A DNA stretch of 64,000 bases from NCBI GenBank assembly GCA_965204535.1, contig OZ241996.1, positions 928,001-992,000 on the forward strand, in the 5' to 3' direction. Below the pieces are notes generated by a model. The model was not told the DNA's origin. It made no database searches and saw only the letters and a list, made by a program, of their open reading frames with translations. Position 1 is the stretch's first letter. Each line of letters opens with the position of its first letter. The stretch comes from a bacterium (GTDB lineage: Bacteria; UBA8248). Shown here in pieces: positions 51,745 to 58,975 of this stretch. Both the position numbers and the translations under genes were made by a program.

Positions 51745-52402
51745 GGGGTCAAACGCCAGCGAGAAGCGAGCGTTTGACGCGATTGAGGAAACCAACCCCT
51801 CTCGCTCTCTCTCGCCTTGAAAAGCAACCCCCCCTCGTCAGGGGACAAAGGCAACCCCCCCTACCCCCCCTTGTCAGGGGGGTAAAAAAGGCCGACGCCC
51901 CGGCAAGTGGAGGATATGAAAAAAGCCGACGCCCGCCGCCGGGCCAGGGGTTTTGATTTTTCTTACCCCCCTGTCAAGGGGGGGTAGGGGGGGTTGCCTT
52001 TATACCTGACAATGGGGGGAGTGAATTCCCGAACGACAAGGCTCCCGTAGGGGCGGCCCCCTGTGGCCGCCCGTATCGAAGATGTCTGCGCCCGCGGCCG
52101 CCCCACATCAGGACAGGCACGGGGGCCACGGACAGGCACGGGGGCCTGTCCCTACGGTGAACAATTCGATGATCGGGATTCCTTCCCCACCGGAGGGTTT
52201 TTCAACAGCCCCCTCAAGGGGGGAGTGATTCCCGAACGACAAGGCTCCCGTAGGGGCGGCCCCCTGTGGCCGCCCGTATCGAAGATGTCTGCGCCCGCGG
52301 CCGCCCCGCATCAGGACAGGCACGGGGGCCTGTCCCTACGGAGCCCCGAAACGCTCCCTCCCCAATCGCGTCAAACGCTCATTCATCAATCGGGTTTGAC
52401 CC
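51745..52402. repeat. Composite repeat cluster including two copies of the RAYT-related REPIN
   Basis: TCAAACGC...GTTTGAC hairpins, TTGTCAGGGGGG pair, REPINs at ~52047 and ~52250. Confidence 0.85.
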
Positions 52403-52484
52403 GCAATCCCCGATGCTTCATAATCGAACCATATCCGAACCGCCCGGCGCGCAGCGCAAGTTGCCCGCAAGTTGAAATAAAGGG

Positions 52485-52517
52485 TTGACAAAAGCGGAAA
52501 ACTTGCCGCACTATCAT
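52485..52517 (+). promoter_or_regulatory. Putative sigma70 promoter for the lipoprotein leader
   Basis: Perfect TTGACA at 52485 after an A-rich tract; weak -10 candidates CACTAT/TATCAT. Confidence 0.4.
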
Positions 52518-52689
52518 GGAAGTCAAGGAATACGCGAGAGTAGTCGCCTTCAGGGCCGCCCGCTCGAAGCAACGCGGATTTCTCCCGGAAGACGGAGCGG
52601 GCGGAAGCCCACGGGAGGAGCCTGCTCTCACGAATCGCCTGACAGCCCGGAAGACGACGACCCAGAAGGTTCCGGGCGCTTGCAGCAGA

Positions 52690-53240
52690 CATCACGAGGC
52701 CAGAGGACTCAACCCACGGCGAACCACGCCACCCATCCCCTCCAGTCTCGTGAACGGCAAGGCCCGGCGGCCCGCGCAGCAGGCGGCGCTCAGGCCGGGA
52801 ACGGCAAGCCCGGCGAAAGCCGGAAGACGGAATATCACGAGGCCAGAGGACTCAACTCATGATGCGCCACGCCGCAAATCCCTCTCCAGTCTCGTGAACG
52901 ATTCAGGGCAAGGCCCGGCGCGAGCCTGAAACGAAAAATTCGGCTCGGGGCCAGGAAGTTTTTTATCGCGAGGCTGGAGGACTCAAACATCATGAATCCT
53001 GACCAGAATCCCACACCAGTCTCGTGGATAAGCCGGCCACCGGCCCGGGCGCGTGAGTCCGGGTCGGCGGCCGCGCGCTCCGGCCCCGGTTCGATGAAAC
53101 GATGAAACGATAGAAGCCCGAAAACGAAGGATAAGGAAAGTCGGAAAGTCAAAGAAAGGAGGTCGAATCCGAACACTTCAAAGTTTTGTTGGTTGCAAAG
53201 CTCTTTAATATCACGAGACTAGGAGGACTCAAAAGTGATG
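52690..53240 (+). promoter_or_regulatory. Repeated RBS-like/anti-SD hairpin units in a long 5' leader
   Basis: ATCRCGAG..GAGGACTCAA at ~52691, 52834, 52965, 53210; complementary CCAGTCTCGTG arms at ~52742, 52886, 53016. Confidence 0.7.
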
Positions 53241-54848
53241 AAACTCACCAGCAACAAAATCTTTTCATTCATGCTGGCGGCGGCCTTCGCGCTGACGCTG
53301 GCCGGCTGCGGCGGCGGTGGCGGCAGCACTACGCAAACGCCGACCGATATGCCCGACCCGCAAGCGGCATGTGAAGCCGATGGCGGCGAATACAGGGACG
53401 GGACTTGCGTCACGGCCGCAGAACTGACGGCGGAGCGCATGGCTTCGCAGCGCATGGCCATCGACACGGCGATCGATGCGGCCGAAACCGCGGTTGCCGG
53501 GATCGACGACGATTCCACGGATTCGGAAGTCACCGCCGCCAACATGGCGGTCGCGGCTGCCCGGACGGCGATCTCGGATGCGGCCGATCTTCCGCAGGCC
53601 GAGAAGGACGCGAACACCGGAACGGTCGACGCGATTGCCAACCGGCTCTCTGCCGCCCTGGAAAGCCGCATGGCCGCCATGGACGATGAGCAGAAGGCCG
53701 CGGATGCGGCCATGATGGCGACGGCCCTGAAGCTGCACGCGGGCCTCGAGCACGGCCTTGGCGATACCGACAACGTCCGAACCGGCGCAAGTGACGCCGA
53801 CGGCGTCATCAGCGTGACTATCGGCACGGCCAACGCCGTCCCACTGGCGGAAGACAAGGATACGACGGTCGCCGCCAACCACGGCTGGACAGGCAAGAGG
53901 CACACGGCCGAGCCCACGGGTGATGTCGGCACGTACGAGGCGTATGTCTACTCGAACGTCGGCACCGGGACGGAGGGCGACCCGTTCAATGAAGAGTACA
54001 CGCTGAACGCAGACGGCGAAACAGGGGATATCACTGCCCTCGCTGGCTATGTTACGGGCCGCGTCGCCAGCCCGAACTTCGACCAGTCCGCCGGCAGCAA
54101 ACTATTCAAGTTGCCGACCAATGCGGTCCGGGTGCTGGTTGCCGGCAGCTATCACGGGGTGTCGGGCACCTATTACTGCACCCCCACCAGCGGTGAGACG
54201 TGCTCCGCTACCATAGCCGTAAGCGGTTTCACGCTTGCGGGCGGGACCTGGTCGTTCAAGCCCACCACCGCGACGGCCAGGGTCACGACCGTGGCGGACA
54301 CGATTTATGCTTCCTACGGCTGGTGGCTCCACAAGTCCGAGGACGGCAACACCTTCACCGCGAGCGCTTTCGCGACGGCCAGGGGCACCGTCCCGGCCGC
54401 CACGGGCATCGATACCCTGCGTGGAACGGCGACATACATGGGCGGCGCCGCCGGCAAGTACGCGCTCCACAGCGCCACCGGGGGGACGAACGACGCCGGC
54501 CACTTCACCGCGCGGGCGACGCTCGAAGCCGATTTCAACGCCGACATGATCACGGGCACCATCGACCAGTTCATGGGCGCGGACGGTGAGTCTCGGAACT
54601 GGTCCGTCGAGTTGAAGAAGTCCGGCGTCGGCGCTGGCGGGGCCATTACCGGTAGCGACGGCACCGGCGATCCGATGCAGACGGTCTGGACCATCGACGG
54701 GACGGCCGCGGCCGCCGCCGGCCAGTGGTCCGGTACTCTCTACGACAACGGCGACGACGGCGTTCCGAAGGTCGGGACCGGCACGTTCCATTCGACGTAC
54801 AGCACGTCCGGCAGGATGGTCGGCGCGTTCGGCGTGGACAAGCAGTAG
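53238..54848 (+). CDS. Surface lipoprotein with TbpB-like C-terminal beta-barrel
   Basis: Lipobox LAGC + polyG, Ala-rich helical stalk, YGWWL, ATYMGGAAGKY, LEADF, C-terminal GAFG. Confidence 0.8.
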   Translation: MKLTSNKIFSFMLAAAFALTLAGCGGGGGSTTQTPTDMPDPQAACEADGGEYRDGTCVTAAELTAERMASQRMAIDTAIDAAETAVAGIDDDSTDSEVTAANMAVAAARTAISDAADLPQAEKDANTGTVDAIANRLSAALESRMAAMDDEQKAADAAMMATALKLHAGLEHGLGDTDNVRTGASDADGVISVTIGTANAVPLAEDKDTTVAANHGWTGKRHTAEPTGDVGTYEAYVYSNVGTGTEGDPFNEEYTLNADGETGDITALAGYVTGRVASPNFDQSAGSKLFKLPTNAVRVLVAGSYHGVSGTYYCTPTSGETCSATIAVSGFTLAGGTWSFKPTTATARVTTVADTIYASYGWWLHKSEDGNTFTASAFATARGTVPAATGIDTLRGTATYMGGAAGKYALHSATGGTNDAGHFTARATLEADFNADMITGTIDQFMGADGESRNWSVELKKSGVGAGGAITGSDGTGDPMQTVWTIDGTAAAAAGQWSGTLYDNGDDGVPKVGTGTFHSTYSTSGRMVGAFGVDKQ

Positions 54849-55069
54849 CAGCGAAGAGCACGACGCCTCAGGCTTCCGGGGCTTCACGGCCCCGGGGCCG
54901 GGGCGTGTGTCTGATAAGCAAGTCGGAAACAGGAAAGGGCAGGTTGCCGGGAAGGAGCGAGTGACCTTTGGGGGTTACTCATTGGTTGCTCTACATCGTC
55001 GGGAGCAAATTGTACCGGCCCATTCTACAGAGTTTGAGTCCTCTCGGTGTGGGACGGGAACAATGAGTA

Positions 55070-55276
55070 ACCCCCAGCCACTGCCGGCTCGTATGGGAGG
55101 GGAACAATTCAAACGCTCGTTCATCAATCGCGTTTGACCCCCAACCACTGCTATCGTATGGGAGGGGAACAAATCAAACGCTCATTCACCAATCGCGTTT
55201 GACCCCCAGCCACTGCTATCGTGTGGGAGGGGACAAATCAAACGCTCATTCACCAATCGCGTTTGACCCCCAGCCA
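55070..55276. repeat. Tandem repeat, three units of 64-67 bp
   Basis: ACCCCCAGCCACTGC-like starts at 55070, 55137, 55202, 55266; each unit holds TCAAACGC...GCGTTTGA. Confidence 0.9.
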
Positions 55277-55330
55277 TTCCTATAGCTGGTTTCCCGGCGT
55301 TTGGCAACCCCAGGCAGGACGGATTCGAAG

Positions 55331-55362
55331 AGGCGGTCCCGGAAGAGGGGCCGCCTTTTTTT
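55331..55362 (+). terminator. Intrinsic terminator-like hairpin
   Basis: AGGCGGTCCC-GGAAGA-GGGGCCGCCT followed by a T run. Confidence 0.6.
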
Positions 55363-55502
55363 GTTGGGTGTGGGAAAATCCTCCTCGGCCGGAATTGACC
55401 ACCGCCGTGGTTTCGGCCACCGACCCCGTAGGGGCGGCCCCCCGTGGCCGCCCTGCCCCCTGTGGCCGCCCCGCCCCCCGTGGCCGCCCGTGTTGAAGGT
55501 GT

Positions 55503-56099
55503 CTACGCCCGGTTTGCCGGGTTGTATTCATCGAGCGCCCATTTCAATGGGTTGTTCCGGATGTATTCCCGGATGCGGTTCAGATCGTCATCGCCCCGGA
55601 TGACGCGGTCGTAGAACGATCGTTGCCATAGTTTCTTGTCAAACGGTTTCCATTCACCATCCTTGACGTTCGCCATGTATCTATGGGTCGTCAAGGATTT
55701 GAACCGATGCACAATGTCGGATAACGACATCGTAGGGACAACCCCCCGTGGTTGTCCCACCCCCCGTGGTTGTCCCGCCCCCCGTGGTTGCCCTGCATCA
55801 GGACAGGCACGGGGGCCTGTCCCTACGGTTCCGCGGGGAAATTCGTTTCCCGTAATAACGATGACGCCGTGGACGTGATTGGGCATGACCTGAAATTGAT
55901 CCGTCTCGACACCGCGATAGAATTCCGGCAATTCATTCCAGGTTCTTTCCACCATCCGCCCCGCCTCGCTCAAAACTATCTCACCGCCGATGATTTCACC
56001 GAACAATTCTTCTCTGCTTTGCGCGCAAATCGTCACGAAATAACACCCATCTTCTGAATAATCGCATCCCTCCAACCTGTTCGCCTTCCTGTCTTTCAT
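55503..56099 (-). CDS. REP-associated tyrosine transposase (RAYT, IS200/Y1 HUH family)
   Basis: DYS..G.YFVTIC, VMPNHVHG (HUH), FKS, WQRSFYD, EYIRNNP; GTAG REPs on both flanks. Confidence 0.9.
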   Translation of the reverse strand: MKDRKANRLEGCDYSEDGCYFVTICAQSREELFGEIIGGEIVLSEAGRMVERTWNELPEFYRGVETDQFQVMPNHVHGVIVITGNEFPRGTVGTGPRACPDAGQPRGAGQPRGVGQPRGVVPTMSLSDIVHRFKSLTTHRYMANVKDGEWKPFDKKLWQRSFYDRVIRGDDDLNRIREYIRNNPLKWALDEYNPANRA

Positions 56100-56121
56100 T
56101 TCCAGGAACCCCGTTTTTCAT

Positions 56122-56442
56122 TCCGGCCACCGACCCCGTAGGGGCGGCCCCCCGTGGCCGCCCGTCGGTCGTATTCACCTCGATACAGGAAAGACACAAA
56201 GGGCCCCGGACAGGCACAGGGGCCTGTCCCTACGGGCGGTGAGGTTTCCGCTCGATATCGATCCCGTAGGGGCGGCCCCCCCGTGGCCGCCCGTGTTGAA
56301 GATGTCTACGCCCGTGGTCGCCCCACATCAGGACAGGCGCGGGGAGGACAGGCACGGGGGCCTGTCCCTACGGTTACGTCCTGCCGATGTGGAAATATAA
56401 TCCCGTTGCGTGGCGTACAGGCGCAGAGGCCTGTCCCTACGG
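56122..56442. repeat. REP/REPIN cluster upstream of the RAYT
   Basis: GTAGGGGCGGCCCCCCGTGGCCGCCC and GGACAGGCACRGGGGCCTGTCCCTAC pairs. Confidence 0.88.
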
Positions 56443-56449
56443 AGTTCGA

Positions 56450-56749
56450 CTACCTGGTTCGTTTGATGAGTTCGCGCAGGGAGGCCATGGCCTCCTCGTG
56501 CCTGCGGACGCCGTCTTCCTCCCTTCGGCGGATATCCTCCATCGCCTCCTCGTGCCTGCGCTTGGAATCTTCCTCCCGGCGGCGGGATTCGGCCATCGCC
56601 TCGTCGTGTTTGGCCATCGCCTCAAGGTGCTTGCGTTCCGAATCGACGGTGCGCATGGCGGCGTTCCTGTCCATCGTGCGGATGCCGTGGTAGATGAGGC
56701 CGAGGCCGCCGTAGGAGGCGATGAGGTTGAGGTATTCGTACGTCGTCAT
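56450..56749 (-). CDS. Small membrane-anchored coiled-coil protein with HxEAM repeats
   Basis: Short hydrophobic N-terminus; KHLEAM, KHDEAM, RHEEAM x2; GC-rich third positions. Confidence 0.65.
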   Translation of the reverse strand: MTTYEYLNLIASYGGLGLIYHGIRTMDRNAAMRTVDSERKHLEAMAKHDEAMAESRRREEDSKRRHEEAMEDIRRREEDGVRRHEEAMASLRELIKRTR

Positions 56750-56859
56750 GTTTTTCCCCGGGGTGGGCCGTGCGGAACTCTCGTGGACGCGCAGTATAAA
56801 AAGAGGTTCCGCGCGTCGTCAAACGTCCGCGCGCCCGTCCTTTCGCGCCCGCCCGTGGT

Positions 56860-57732
56860 CCGTCATTCCGGCGAATGCCGGAATCCAGGCGGACATGAGT
56901 GGAAGAAAGTCCATCATTCGGCGATCCGATACGGGCGGCGGGATTTCTTGAACCCCGGGTTCTCTCATCGGCTCTGGATTCCGGCTCAAGGCCGGAATGA
57001 CGGCAATGGGATTCCGCCTTGCCCTGAAAAGCAACCCCCCCTTGAACAGGACATCCTATAAAGGCAACCCCCCTTGACAGGGGACAAAGGCAACCCCCCC
57101 TACCCCCCCTTATCAGGGGGGTAAGAAAGAGCAAAACCCCCTCGGCCCGGTGGGAGCGCATTGCCTTTTTATACCCCCCTGTCAAGGGGGGGGTAGGGGG
57201 GGTTGGTTTTCGGGGCGGGGGCGCAATTCCCCGCATTTGCCGTGCGTTCCCGAACTGCGGATCCGCTATCGTGCGCGCAAAGCGGGGAAACGGCGATCCC
57301 TGATTGATCGGGATCGATCTTCCCAGGGAGAGGAGGCTTTCTGATGGAATCGGGCGAGCGGGCGGGGGTGAATGCGGCGGTGAACGCGCTTTCGCCCATC
57401 GTTTCGGCCACCGACTTCGTAGGGACAGGCCCCTGTGCCTGTCCTCGCGTTTCGGCCACCGACCCCGTAGGGACAGGTCGCGACCTGTCCCTACCGATGC
57501 GGGAGCATGTTGGTTCCGTAGCGGGACAACCCCCTGTGGTTGTCCCGCCCCCCGTGGCCGCCCGTATCGAAGATGTCTACGCCCGTGGCCGCCCCATATC
57601 AGGACAGGCGCGGGGAGGACAGGCACAGGGGCCTGTCCCTACGGTTACGTCCTGCCGATGTGGAAATATAATCCCGTTGCGTGGCGTACAGGCGCGGGGC
57701 CTCGGACAGGCACGGGGGCCTGTCCCTACGGT
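56860..57732. repeat. Composite repeat cluster
   Basis: GTCATTCCGGC...CCGGAATGAC pair, CCCCCCTACCCCCCCT pair, GTAG REPs; 57552..57690 nearly duplicates 56281..56420. Confidence 0.85.
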
Positions 57733-57986
57733 TACGCCCTGCCGATATGGACGCGGGAGGAGCACGGAAATGAAAATAATGATATTTCCCGTAAAATTCC
57801 ATAAATTCACGGGGTTTTTCCATAAATTCCTGAAATTGTTCGAGGCGGAAACTATCTTGATTATTTGCCGTGATTCAAAGATATGCCGGGATATGTTAAA
57901 GTATCACTTCAGGAAATTACGGAAATTTACGGAATTAAAAAAGTTTTTCCGGATCCTGCATTTGCCCGCAATTGCCCGCGCGGGCC

Positions 57987-58520
57987 TCACGCCCGCTCCA
58001 GCCACACGCCGTCCTCGCCGTCGACCTCGCGGGTCCGCACCCGGATGCGCTCGGCGGGCGCGGTGGGCACGTTCTTGCCGATGAAGTCGGGGCGGAAGGG
58101 GAGCTCGCGGTGGCCCCGGTCGATGAGGGCGGCGAGCCATATCTTGCGCGGGCGGCCCAGCTCCATCAGGGCGTCGATGGCCGCGCGCGCCGTCCGGCCC
58201 GTGAAGAACACGTCGTCGACCAGGAAGACGCCCCGGCCCGTCAGGTCGAAATCGATGAGGGTGCGCTCGAAGCCGCGCCCCTGGGCGGGGTGGCCGCCGT
58301 CGTCGCGGTGGAGCCCGATGTCGAGCGCGCCCAGAGGCGGCGAGACGCCCTCCATCTCCTCGATGTGCCCCGCCAGGCGCCGCGCGAGCGGCTCCCCCCG
58401 GGTGAGCACGCCGATGAGCGCTACGTCCGCCGCCGCCGCGCACGCCTCGGCCATCTCGGAGGCGATCCTCCTGAGCGAGCGTTCGAGTTCCGGCGCCGTC
58501 ATGATGGCGATTCGCGTCAT
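57987..58520 (-). CDS. pyrR: Bifunctional pyr attenuation regulator / uracil phosphoribosyltransferase
   Basis: TRGEPLA, LDIGLHRDD, LVDDVFFTGRTARAA, DRGHRELP, GKNVPT. Confidence 0.93.
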   Translation of the reverse strand: MTRIAIMTAPELERSLRRIASEMAEACAAAADVALIGVLTRGEPLARRLAGHIEEMEGVSPPLGALDIGLHRDDGGHPAQGRGFERTLIDFDLTGRGVFLVDDVFFTGRTARAAIDALMELGRPRKIWLAALIDRGHRELPFRPDFIGKNVPTAPAERIRVRTREVDGEDGVWLERA

Positions 58521-58648
58521 GGGGGTGTCCAGCGTCGGCGGAAAGCGGGTTCACGCCATCCTAGCGCCGATGGGCGCGCGGATCAATCAACGACCCCCGG
58601 AGGGCGGGTGTTGGAAATCCCTTGAAGCGGTGGGGGCGCGATGGTTCT

Positions 58649-58975
58649 GTAGGGACAGGCCCCTGTGCCTGTCCTCATGATGAAGCGCAACCACGCGGAT
58701 GGACATACCCGATACGGGCGGCCACGGGGGGCCGCCCCTACGGGGCGGTGCCTCTTCGATCAGTTTGGTTGCCCTCTCGACTGGAAAAGTAACCCCCTTG
58801 AAAGGGAAACCCCATAAAACCAACCCCCCCCTACCCCCCCTTGTCAGGGGGGCAAGAAAAAGCAAAGCCCCTCTACCCGGCGGGGGGATATCGCCTTTTT
58901 ATACCCCCCTGACAAGGGGGGGTAGGGGGGGGTTGCCTTTGTCCCCCGGCAAGAGGGGCTTTCTCAACAACCCCC
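58649..58975. repeat. Composite repeat cluster
   Basis: GTAG REP pair, CCCCCCTACCCCCCCTTGTCAG pair, TTTCTCAACAACCCC end. Confidence 0.85.

Noticed and set aside
52485-52929. ORFs 52485..52862 and 52516..52929 as real proteins
   Set aside because: Low-complexity products with no recognisable motif; the repeats are better explained at nucleotide level
52690-53030. CRISPR-like array in the leader
   Set aside because: Period is 131-143 bp, repeats are degenerate and bipartite, and the last copy is an RBS
55070-55276. CRISPR array
   Set aside because: Whole units are near-identical with no unique spacers, and no cas genes are present
57770-57950. Replication origin
   Set aside because: No TTATCCACA DnaA boxes and no origin-linked genes seen
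57987-58520. pyr operon with PyrR attenuator
   Set aside because: No pyrB, pyrC or carA nearby and no recognisable PyrR-binding loop
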